A DNA stretch of 64,000 bases from Callorhinchus milii. Taxonomy: Eukaryota. This document shows positions 38,291-50,172 of the stretch, piece after piece (positions within the stretch are counted from its first letter, which is position 1; the number at the start of each line of letters is the position of its first letter). The notes under the pieces are model-generated. The model saw only the letters and a list, made by a program, of their open reading frames with translations. It was not told the DNA's origin and did no database searches. The DNA lies in NCBI RefSeq assembly GCF_018977255.1, contig NW_024704743.1, forward strand, positions 16,246,001 to 16,310,000. Direction: 5' to 3'. The position numbers and the translations under genes are program-made.

Positions 38291-40957
38291 GTATTCATAT
38301 TATTCTTGCTAAAACCAATTATGATACCAGCAATAATAGCAGCCGTAAAATAGAGTGAAAGTGGAGTTAGACAGGCTGGCTGACTAATCTTCCTAGAACA
38401 GACAACACACATATTGCTTTACAGCATTTGCACAGAGCTAACACAGCAAAAAGGTCTGTAACAAGAAAGTCTGTGCCTTCACTTCTTCATTCAGGTGTAT
38501 TTTGTAGGGATGTGCTTGTGTTGTTCATGTATATTCAATAAAACTTGTCCGTCCTGACAGTTATTTGTCTTTCCTCTGATGGAAGGCAAAACAGTCAGTA
38601 TTTGAAATATTGATGCCCTGAACAGAAGCTGATTCTGATATATTTTAAATCCATGGTGCTCACACCGTTACACTCTCTCAGACATTTAGTCAGCTAGACA
38701 ACAACAAATACCCCTACATAACCGAGGCGAAAAAAATCCCTTATATATGCAAACATTGCTTGCCCTGTTGATAATCTACCAGGTTAAATGCGGAGAAATG
38801 AATGCAGCATGACAAGACTGAAAGGTTGATTTTATAGCTCACTGTTGTGTTAATGTTTTTACCGTCACTGGATTACGAGACTTGATTATCTGGCTGGATC
38901 TACACGGTTATCTATGCATAGTGTGTAATGGTGTTTACTCAACTAAAGAACTGCAAGTGATTTGCATTAGATTTGCAAAGATTTTCTTTACACATCATTT
39001 TTTTTCAATGGCATTCATACATTTGATTAGAAGAAAGTGTTTGAACAAAAAAGCTCTCTGGTTGGCTCAGATACTCTTAAGCATGTGTCAGACACTCAGC
39101 TGACCCCCCAAAATGATATAGCTTTAAATCTAAAACATGCCCTGCACAGACATACAATTCTCCAGACATTGCAAAGCACTAATACATGGCAAAATGTCTT
39201 GTAATTTGAATGAATACGTTCACATCTTTCCATTCGAAAAGCCAATTATTCCACTAATCTCAGATTTCAATCTCGGTCATTGTTAGACGAGATTTCGATA
39301 TTTTTCCCAATCGGAAACCTCTGATCTCTTTCAGATTCCTTGCATTTGCCAGCATTCCCCAGAGCCTGGCTTAAAGCAGGGAGCAGATAGCAATTGCTCT
39401 TATGATATTTTAGCAGCTCTACAAATTCTCACAGTGTGATTATACATCAGGTAAATATTATAATGTTTATTAGCATGCAACTATATTAAAGTAGAGGTAT
39501 AAAAAACAATCTCTCCAGTGTTTCATCCATTTAGACAGTATTCTGCTGCTTCAGTCTGTTCCATGGTCCAGAATGCTAAATTCTCCACAAGATATTTGAG
39601 TGTCTAAAACGATCCATGATAAATGAAGTAGCTTACTACTTATACGCTCATCATGTTCCCTTACTAGCAACAGGTTCAGCAAAGGGCAATGCCAGTAAAT
39701 GAAATTTTCCACCAGGACAATATATCACCAGAAGAAATATATGCGCTTGAAACTTAGCAGGCTTTCAAGACATGGACAGGGTGTGAAATGGTTTGAAAAA
39801 ACATAGAAGGGAACGAAAGGCAGCAATACCTCCTCCCAATATTGCTTCGCTTTCCCATCAGCTGAAAGTTGTTCTTATAAAGCTTATAATTTTCAGTATT
39901 TCACAACAATTTCTTAAGATGGAGAATGTGATTCGGTTAACGGATGGAGTCGCCACTAAGGTTTCTTAATCAATAAATAACGCAAATTGGGCTCCAAAGT
40001 CTTTCAAACCAATGCAGAGGAGGAGATCGAGCTGAACACAAACCTTTTATTTTTATATCTGTGATATTTCAAAAATAAGGAATTCCAAACTGCACATAGG
40101 TGGGCTGCTTCTGGTCACTGGACATAATAATAATAATAATAATAATAATAATCTTTGCATTTGATATAGCGCCTCATCACGTTGTCAAAACGTCTCAAAG
40201 TGCTTCACAGAATATACTGTAAAGTGAATTGACTGTATACTTTGTGGGCACATATTCTCGTCGGTCCCCAGATCTCCTTCTGATGTGATAATAATAATAA
40301 TAATTCTTACATTTGGTATAGCACTTTTCACGTCGGAAGGGCATCCTAAAGCACTTCACAGGATATACTGTAAAGTGTAGTGAATTTGTGTTCTGTAATC
40401 TAACTTCCGGAGCTGAGATTTGGTGGAAATCTGTTAGCGAAGACCCAGTAGACTATGAAAAGGACTGCTTTATAATAATAATCCTTACAAATGGGCATTT
40501 GATATAGCATGCTTTAACATTGTTAAAATACAAGTCAAAGGATTTTTACTGTAAAGTACATTGACTATACATTTGTAGAAAAAATTAGACAGCCATTTTA
40601 TGCACAGTAATATCCCACAGTCAGCCACGAAGTGGGTGAGGAATTGAACATTTTTACATCTATTTAGATGTATTAATCTCCTCATAGGCTGAAGTTATTT
40701 CCATGCTAGTTCCTAGTCAAGGGAATATTGCAGACAATGAGAGAAACGGCAGCTGCTGCTCTGCGATGACCCAACTGAGATGCAGAGATTCACAGCTGCA
40801 GGTTGGTCAACATTAATTCTCCACTGTTCCCCAATGGCACCTGACAGCACTCTAGTTTCTGGGTTATAGGTTGGGTGTTCAAGCCCCACTTTGGGACTTT
40901 GAGCTCAAGTCTAGGCCGACACTCCACTGCAGTGCTGGGGATAACATATATGTGGCA

Positions 40958-41336
40958 TAATAATAGTAATCCTCGCATTTGATATAGCACCTTATCACGT
41001 CTTCGAGACATCTCAAAGTGCTTCACGGAATATACTGTAGAGTTAATTGACTGTATATATTATCGGTGAAATGCAGCAGCCAATTGCGCACAACAGTGTC
41101 CCACAAACAGATATGGATTGAAGTGACCAATTTATTATTCTATTCTTTTTCGAAGGAATTATTACCCCGGAAAAGCGATCTGTCAATCGACTAACAACTG
41201 GGTTCCTAATTACTGCTAGGTAAACTGAGGCATATGGAGTAAGGAAAATTGCCAAAAATTTTGCCCTCCCAGGAACTGAACCCAGGTCTCTCGCTTGCGA
41301 GGCGAGCGCTCTAACCACTGGGCTACAGAACTCCAC
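40958..41336 (-). mobile_element. tRNA-derived SINE, long form, full length
   Basis: Complete head, body and tail; adjoins a plus-strand Deu-SINE head (~40845-40945). Confidence 0.9.
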
Positions 41337-42067
41337 GCACTGTATGACAAGGGGAGGTTGTACATGATAACTTTGGTCTCACTGCAGCGTGTCCAATGGC
41401 AAGCAGCATTGCAGAAAGATTTGATGGGCGGCAACATTTACTATGTACTGATTGCTGCTCTTCCTCTGCGCCTTTGCTTTTTACGTGTACATTAACAATG
41501 AAGATGTTTCACCCAACATGTCGTCACTCCTTTGGAATTAAATAGTATTTAGTACATAAACCTCTCATAATTGAGTTGATTAAAATAAGACAACTTTGAA
41601 ACAGAATAGGAACTCAATGTCATGCAGCCGTAAGTTGCTGTGGCCGCCGGTTGGTGTTTAACGATGATGCTTGAAGAATTTTTTGTTCTTGTGATGGTTT
41701 CTCGCATGTATCAGACACGCAGCTGACCGACAAAAAACTACATCATAGTTTGAAATCTTAAAATCTTTATTGTTTAACTAAATCAATTAGCATTGACGAC
41801 AAGTCTTTCACTATTCATGCCATTTCATTTTTTGAGTTCTTTTTAATTGCTTAAAATTGTGTTTTTCAGTTTTTTTAAAAAAAAACAAATCTCAGCTTTG
41901 TGACAAGCACACGTGACCTCCAGTAACCATTCAATGTCCTTGAGCTGGGAATGATCAGCTTGTTTTCTTTTGTACTTCAGTAAGAATACTTTATATATAC
42001 TTTATGACCCACTAGGAGGTGCACTTGTAACATGGTGAAACACAGAGAATGTCAGATTAAGAGCTCA

Positions 42068-42390
42068 TAATATATAAGAATCCTAGCATTTAATATACCA
42101 CCTAGATTCTAGGTACATTTATTTTGTAGACAAACTCCACAGCCAATTTGTACACAGAATGTCCCACAAACAATCACTAATTGTTTTAAGCTGGAGTTGT
42201 TGCGTCCACCTGATTTGAAAGGCGCTATCTCAATGACAAGGATTATTATTATTGTTGGCCAGGACACTTGGAGAAACACCCTTCTCTTTTCGAATAGTAC
42301 CATGGGATGTTTCATGTCTAAATGAAGAGGCAGACTTGGTTTAATGTCTCATCCAAAGGAAGGCACCTCCAATTTCTCCAGGAGTATCAG
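42068..42390 (-). mobile_element. Deu-domain SINE with a small internal insert
   Basis: tcgaatagtaccatgggatgttt...ggtttaatgtctcatccaaagga. Confidence 0.7.
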
Positions 42391-43716
42391 TAAGAATGCT
42401 TTGTACTCCTCCTGGAGATGAACTTGTAACACAGTGAGAGATGGGGGAATGCCAGGCTGTGGGTTACTCCAAGAATATGAATAGGACTGGTCTGCGGGTA
42501 GCCAAGATGGATATCAATGTAAAATGTCTGCTCTTGTAGACTACCCCACTCCGGCAACTGCAGAAGAACTTGTACAACTCATTCCAACAATGACAGGTAC
42601 TTCAGTGTGATAGGCCACCCTGGAACTCAGGCTCTCTGGGACATTGGCACTGTGACCAATAGGTTACTCAAGTGCTTTACAGTTATGCTGTTTATAAAAT
42701 ACTAGTTATAACGAAAACTAGTCTCGGCACACTTTTCATACAATTCGATAATTGAGTCGAGCTCTCTCCAGAAAGCAGAACTAAATCCTCACGTGGTATT
42801 TTCTCCTGACTGTCATTATGATATTGCTTTTGGTTCAATGATATCCTCACCAATCAGGACATAAGATCTGAAAAAGATCTCTTCTTTCCTAATACTCCAA
42901 ACCGCTAGCAGCTTTGTGGTCTGAGGAGACGATATGTGATCTTACACTGATGTACTTGCGGTTAGTAAAATCTGGGACTTTTAGGATCATTACAGACAGT
43001 GTCTCCTCCCTAGGGTCTCTTTCCCCTGCTGACACAGTCAGTGAATCTGCCAAAAATGTACTTTATACACCAGCAATCATTACCCTCACCTATACAAAGA
43101 CTGTAAGTGCTCAGAGTTAAAGGCTATTAATTAGGATAATTATGGCAAGGACTGAAATTACAGGACACAAGTTGTTACCCCCACGTCGGGTCCTTCTCTG
43201 CTTACCTTTAATGCCTTAAGATCGTTGGCAGCTTTCTCATTCACATTTATAGAGCGTATAAGTTTCAATTAAGCAGAAAAAAGAAACCAACAACGTTTCT
43301 TCACTACGACTAAAAATCTGCACCACTTGTCGTCCCCAGCTCTGTGTTATTATGCTGATTCTGCCTTTTACTACTGAGCAGCTGCAATAGCATTTGTATT
43401 GTAAGGAGATCAGAAAATTCCCTGAACTGGTTTATACAGAAAATCTCTCTGATCCAATTTTCTATGCATCTGAAGGAGTCCTCCTTGGCTTCTCTGTTGG
43501 AACATAAATACTGCAGCATGTGCAATCTCCTTGCACTTCCACACACAGTGCAGGACTCTTATTGGGAACGCCCTGATTGACAACCAACAAAGACCCTCAG
43601 TCTTTTCAAGTCCGAGTGCTCTTTTGATGGCTCAGTGTAGTTTCAAAGCAGTCTAATGTGTGAGATTTGCAAATAGCAAATCCTGCTGGAATCCCAATGT
43701 TTCTCATTCTCTCTTT

Positions 43717-44033
43717 GTGGAGTCCTGTAGCTCAGTGGTTAGAGCACTCGGTTTGCAAGCGAGAGACCTGAGTTCAATTCCAGGCAGGGCGAAACCTTGG
43801 GCAAGTTTCCTTACTCCATACGCCTATTAATAATCCCTCCAAAACAAAACAATAATAAATTGGTCATTTTCAATCTACGACTGTTTGTGGGACATTGCTG
43901 TGTGCAATTGGCTGCCTCGTTCGCCCACAAATATACAGTCAATTCACTTTACAGTGTGTTCTGTGAAGCGCTTTGGGACGTCCTCCCGACGTGAAAAGCG
44001 CTATATCAAATGCAAGGATTATTATTATTATTA
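43717..44033 (+). mobile_element. tRNA-Ala-like SINE, short form, full length
   Basis: Highly similar to 7625-7935, including the tail gggacgtcctcccgacgtgaaaagcgcta. Confidence 0.92.
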
Positions 44034-47000
44034 TATTCTAACCTTCTGGGACACCGATCGCAGTGAAGCCAGATTGGGGATAAAGGAGGTTCCTGGTACC
44101 TGGTAGGAGATCTGTGCCAAGTGGAATTCCAGCTGGCTCCTGAATGGCCTTGTTGGGCCATAAAATGACCTCTTAAGCTTTCACTATTTGTATCAAGCAG
44201 ACTTACCGAATGTGTCATCACTGAACATCTAGTTACTAAAAGCAGTGAATTTTATACACATTTTCTACTCAAATGCATGGGGAACTAACTGGATATTAGT
44301 ACAAATGGTCTCTTTAAGTATCAGCACCCATTAACAGGGCACCTGCTAATAGTGCTCCTACAAAGTAGGATGTATATGTGTATATGTGTCTGCCTTGAAA
44401 CTCCTGCTGTCTCTGTGATAAAGAGGACTATCACGTCACCCAGATATTACATCCCGAGCTAACAAATACACAGATTTTGGAAAGAATAATTAATTCGCTA
44501 AATATTCTGACACACAAAACCTGCTGATTAACCGCAGCTGAGAGATGAAAATCAGTAGTTAGGAAGGAAACACGTTGCATCTGTGAAAAGTGTCAATTCA
44601 ATGATGAATTTTGCCTGACAAAAACTGGGCTGAATTGTCACTTAGCATTCAGCAAATAGGGAAGTGAAGCGATTGACACGTTGAGGCAGAATTGGTTGTT
44701 TCACATTCCAGGCCGTAAGTAAGAAGGAGAAAGGTGGGATTTTTGTTGGTGGGGACAATAATGAGCGGATTGTATGTTTCGCACCATCTCAACTACATCT
44801 GCCATTTCCAAAGTGTTGAATCTCCTTCAATTGTTTTACTAGAGAAGGGGGATTCTCCCAGTGTCCTGCCAACAATCCCCAGATAAATTTGTCATTGCTG
44901 TGTGCAAATGGCTTCCGCATTCACCTCCAAATACACAGTCACTACACTTTACAGTAAATCCTGCGAAGCGCTTTGAGACATCTCCCCAACATAAAAGGTG
45001 CTATATCAAATGCAAGGATTGTTATTATTAGGATTATTATTAGGAAGCAAGAAAGAATTAGAGTTACTGTTGAAATCAAATCTACACAGAAAACGAAATT
45101 AATATAAATTTAATATTCTTCAGTGTCTCTGTCTTTGTTCCTCTCTCTAAATGCACTTTCAATATTTTCTTATTTATGAAACACATCAAGAAGAAAATAT
45201 TCCTAACTTACTTGGAGCATTTTAAGAAGGTGAAAGGGGCTTGAATGGAGGTGTGAGGAAACCTTTCTGTTCAGCCATTTACTAAAGTGCAACTGGAGCG
45301 GACGGAAAGTGGTAGGAACTATGGATGTTATTTGTTTTGGTAGAAAAATTCATTTAATAACCTGAATGATTTGAGCAAAAGTATAAATGAATTGAACAAG
45401 AAAAATAATAAAAAAAAGGATACACGATTCAGCATTCAGTAAAATCCTATATTGTAGGCAATTTGAAACAACACCATTTTCACTTCAAGTTGAGTCCCAT
45501 AAAATTACCAGTAACATTACAATTCATGCAGAACACAGATAAATGTGAAAAATGTCACAGCATTATGATTTTTAGTTCCACCAGATTACCATCTCCTTTT
45601 TCCTTGTGTAATATTTCATTTACAATCTTTCATCAGTTAATTTTCTTTCCACTGACCATGTAAATCACAAATCAATTTTCATTTAAAATGCTTGACTACA
45701 GCTTGTTCCCAATAGCTCAAAGCATATGGTTCAGCGCACCTTCTAAGGTTCCTAATGCACATCGAAAATATCTGATTTCTTTAGCTTTTACAAAGAATTA
45801 ATTTTGCATTAAACTGAAGTGTGACTTAAGTCACTTTGTTGCTTCCTATTAAGTCTGAAGATTGTCAGGTTTGCAGTGGTAGTAGCCAGCGGGCAAGTGA
45901 CACTAATTTTCAATCTTGTGGATATTTATACATTACACCTATTCATTCAATTGTATGAAGATCACTAGGCTTGCAGCTCACATCAGCTTGTCCTGTGGGC
46001 TCCATTGTTCCAGGGATGCACATCTTCAGCACAATTTTTCTTTATGTGTATTATGAAAACAGTTTTTAAGCTCACAAGTTATTACTTAAGGGATGAACAC
46101 CTTGCCACATTCTGAAACACCGAGCTGTGCAGAGAAACAATAGTTTTATATTGTGCCATCTACAAGGAGATTCCCAAAGTACGCTACAAATTAGTCTATA
46201 TTTGTAGCAAACCTAGTGCTTAACTTCCTATCATAAACAAATGAACCATGTGCTGGAGTATAAAAAACGTCAACAAACAATAATTAGAATACCGAAGGTA
46301 CATTCATTCACAAAAGAAATTATATTTGTGTGTTGCATAAAATGATTATTTCGGAAATATTCTAGTATTTGAGGTTTGTGATATAAGAGCAATTATTAAA
46401 TCGTCTGATCCAAGATTCGGGTATGTTTCAAAACTGGGCTGTTCAAATAATCTATTTGCGATATGTATAGCTGTGTATTTCTCTGTTCTAAGTCATTTCA
46501 GTAAAGAGTGGGCAATAAAGCAAGTTAACATGTACAAGCAGCGCTGTTCCTGTTGTGGGGCCTGTCTCTCAGAAGTGGTTCTGGCAACTCTTCATCTGCG
46601 ATTCCACCCTTCCCTCTAAATTATTTGACTGCTGTCAAGCAAATCAATCAAATTACAGCAAAGAATCTTTGTCTCGTCATTTCTCTGTAAAGGTAGTTCC
46701 ATTTGCTCTGAAAGCAGTCATTTAACTCTACTTCGACATATTAATTTAAAACAACTTTCCTCCTCCTGCATTATGTAGGAACATGCCTAGAAAACGTCAC
46801 ATTAGCACTGTCTTACAAAACAGCCCTGACATCGAGTCCCCATTGTGCTTGGTGTATTCAAGATGATTACAAAGGAAGAGATGTCTACATTTCTACCAAT
46901 CCGTGGCATTATTTAAAAAGCTGATGTACGCATGAAAAACTGATGGAGAAGGCAGTCTAGGGTTTAGAGTTAGAATACTTAGAGAAACCATGTGTCACTT

Positions 47001-47162
47001 TGGTTAATGATGACACCTCACCAACCCATGTTCACATGATTTGTATCTTGTCAATAAAAAGGAAGATTTTTGTCAAATCCTTCTGCATGAAAAACTCTTG
47101 TGTATTTTTTAATGGGAAAGTTACCAGAATATACAAAACGCAGAATTTAGTAACTAATCAGC

Positions 47163-47550
47163 ATTTATTCGGTCAGTAGGATGTCTAACACATGTAGAAA
47201 ATCATCACCATGCTTAAATGTATCCAAACCAGACTGAGAGTTCCACATATGTATGCCACCTACACATGGAAATTGTCCGTGTCTGTTAAAAAAAAGTGCA
47301 TTTTCTCCCTTGAGGGATGTTCCCTGCTTACTTTATTCTAGAGAGCATGAGGTACAGGTTGGTGAGAGCTGAGGCTTGGAGATTCTCACGTGTTGGGGTA
47401 TTGCTAGAGTCTGACCAGTTAAGACCACATAACTTGCATTGCAAAACATTTTTGGTAAACTTGCTAAAGCTTGTTCAGCTAGGACCAGCCTACCCATCAG
47501 GGCTTTGGCTTGCAGCATCAACAGGTGCTGCCCCCAGTGACAGATCTTAG
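47163..47550 (-). mobile_element. Family X repeat, long copy
   Basis: Shared 3' motif, plus a 5' extension (gttcagctaggaccagcctaccc) also seen at ~59830. Confidence 0.75.
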
Positions 47551-48701
47551 TTTGATAATATCTTGAAAAAAAAATTTCCAAGGAGGATCGTGAATAAAGA
47601 ATTTAAAAAATTGCAATATTAACAAACTAAGGTCTATTAATATACAAGCATTCCATTACTATTAATATTAACCAATGTTAGTTGTTACTTGCTTTAAAAA
47701 AATCTACATTAGAGTATTAATCCGCTGTGGAGAGATCTATTTATTCAGTAGGAGATGCATTACTGTTTAGTTATAGAGGGTTATTCTAGAACTCTGATAC
47801 AATTTTGGCTGTAAAAAGCGGTGCTTCTGGTATCCAAAAAGCATTGGGTTCAGTTCAAAGGCTGGATTTTCTTCCCGTCAGCTACATACAGAGGATGTCC
47901 TCCCTATGTGAAATCCTTCCCGTTAGCCACTTTATTTATGCTGTAGACATACCAACTTCCCACATACATAAAGCAATTTTGTTTTCAACTTGTACCGAGA
48001 TAGAACAGCAAGCACAGTAATGTAGTCTTTCAAAATACCCTACAAACTAAATGTTACTGCTGTAAATTCCTTGTGTTTTGGAAGAAATTTCACTCTTCAG
48101 ATCTAAGGATGTGGCTTTGACAACTACACATTTTCCTATACTAATTTTGAACATGTTAAAGTCATAACTATCAAAGTCTCTTTGACTAATATTCAGACTC
48201 CTTATCACCAGCGTGATAAGTTCAAGAAGGGCTTTTTTTTCCTGGTCTGAAGGTATAAGGAACTAAAAGATGAGAGACTTCGAAAAAAGTTATGAATTCT
48301 AATTGAACTGCGAGCTTCAGTGTACTGCCTCAGATTATTGAAAAATAATGGTGTCTCATCGGCTTTCTCTGGGATCTCTTTAGGCTCTAGAGAAGAAGAT
48401 CCATAAAAATCTCGTACCATGACTGACAGAACAAGCCCAGCTTGAGAGAATGTGTCAAGAATGTGGTGCAACCTCCCACACATAACAGTGCAGCGAAGGT
48501 TTACCTGATGGTAAACTTTACACTTTTGAATGCTTAATTTTTGCTTTTATCAGAACGGAAGGGAAGATCAAGTAGAAGCTGACAAGACGACCAAGGGAAG
48601 ATGCTTGAACAATAACTGTTCCAGCTCCTCACTGCACAATCATTCCCCAATTCAGTGACATTGTGATCTTGCTCTACAGGAACCTCTTCAAATGACACAA
48701 C

Positions 48702-49620
48702 TACAACAACAACAACAAGATTACATTTGTATAGTTCCTTTCACGTCGGGAGGATGTTCCAAGGCCCTGGACAGTGTACAGCATCCGCATACATATGGAA
48801 GTTGATCCCATGTCTGCGGATGATGTCACCAAGGGGGAGCATGTAAATATTAAAGAGGCGAGGGTCAAGGACAGAGCTCTGGGGGACGCCAGACATGAAG
48901 TGGAGACGGTGAGAGAGATAGGAATCGAACCAGGCAAGGGCAGGTCCGCGAAGATTAAGTAAAGAGGAGAGACGGTGTATGAGGATGGAGTGGTCGACAG
49001 TGTATAAGGCAGCAGAGAGGTCAAGGAGGATAAGGAGGCAGAGGGAGCCCTGATCACAGATGTCATTAGTGACTTTGACCAGGGCTGTTTCTGTGGTATG
49101 GACATCTGGAAACCAGATTGGAGGGTTGAAAGAGGGAATGGCGAGAGAGAAAGGAGTGGAGCTGGGATACGACGACTCGTCCCAGGACCTTGGAGAGGAA
49201 TGAGAGGTTAGAGGTGAGGCGGTAGCTGGAGAGAAGGGATGGGTCCAGGGAAGGTTTTTTCAGGATGGGAGTGATGACGGCTGTTTTTAGGGGGGTGGAA
49301 ACTGAACCATTGGACAAGGAGAGGTTGATGACGTCGGACAGAAGAGGGGCCAGAAGGTGGAGCTGGGAGATGAGAAGAGAGGTGGGGATGGGATCGAGGG
49401 AGCAGTTTGCGAAAGATGGCGGTGAAGGAGGAGTGAGAGATAGGGTCGAAGGAGTATAGGGGGGCGATAGGTGGGGGGTCATGAGGGAGAGGTGATGTGG
49501 GGATGGCTGTGGACGGGGCTGAGGTGGCTGAATGTGGATTTTGGATTCGAGGAAGTCCAGCATCTCCTCACAGTTGGAGCTTGAAGAGAGGATGGGCAAG
49601 GCATGGGAAGGTGGACACTT
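48702..49620 (-). mobile_element. L2 LINE with large internal deletion
   Basis: CSLDPIPTSLL, KTAVITPILKKPSLDP, FLSKVL, then FHMYAD joined directly to the 3' tail cactgtccagggccttggaacatcctcccgacgtgaaagg. Confidence 0.9.
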
Positions 49621-49689
49621 TCTAATGGGTGGTAAAGAATGCAACGTTCAATGTGATTAATTATCACATTGCTAGAATTACGGTCCAAG

Positions 49690-50172
49690 CATCAAACAAA
49701 AAATAGCAAACAGGATGCTGGGCTACATTGACAAATCGTCTGACTTCAGATCCTCAGCTGTACAGTGCTCTTGTCAGACTCCACTTAGAGCACTGCGTAC
49801 TGTTTTGGTTGCCATGCCATAAAGGGTCCACTTCCAGCCCCAGGTTGATTTCTAGAGTTAGAGGGATGAACTGAGAGGAATAACTAGACACAAAATATAC
49901 AATTCACTTTACAAATATTCTGTGAAGTTCTTTGAGACGTATCAATAAGATAAGGTGCTATATCAAATACAAAGATTACTATTATAATTATTATTGTAAG
50001 CAGGATCTCTTTAGCCTTGAAAAGAAAGAGCTCAGATGGAGTCCTATAGAGGTGTGCAAGATGCTAAATGGAATTAAGAAAGGAAACCCAGTAAAATAGA
50101 TTCCGCTCATCAAAGAACGGGTTCAGGTTTGTGAAGGTAATTTCACGGCAGACACCAGGAAGTATTTTCACT
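49690..50172 (+). mobile_element. CR1/L3 LINE ORF2 C-terminal fragment, split by a SINE tail
   Basis: ANRMLGYI, LYSALVRLHLEHCVLFW and LFSLEKK.LR...IEVCKML, typical CR1 motifs. Confidence 0.8.

Noticed and set aside
43717..43790. tRNA-Ala gene (also 7625, 11784 and others)
   Set aside because: A/B boxes and an anticodon arm are present, but there is no proper acceptor stem and the sequence continues into a SINE body; these are SINE heads.
48205..48483. 92-aa ORF with protein-like composition
   Set aside because: No recognisable homology or splice signals; the length is compatible with chance.
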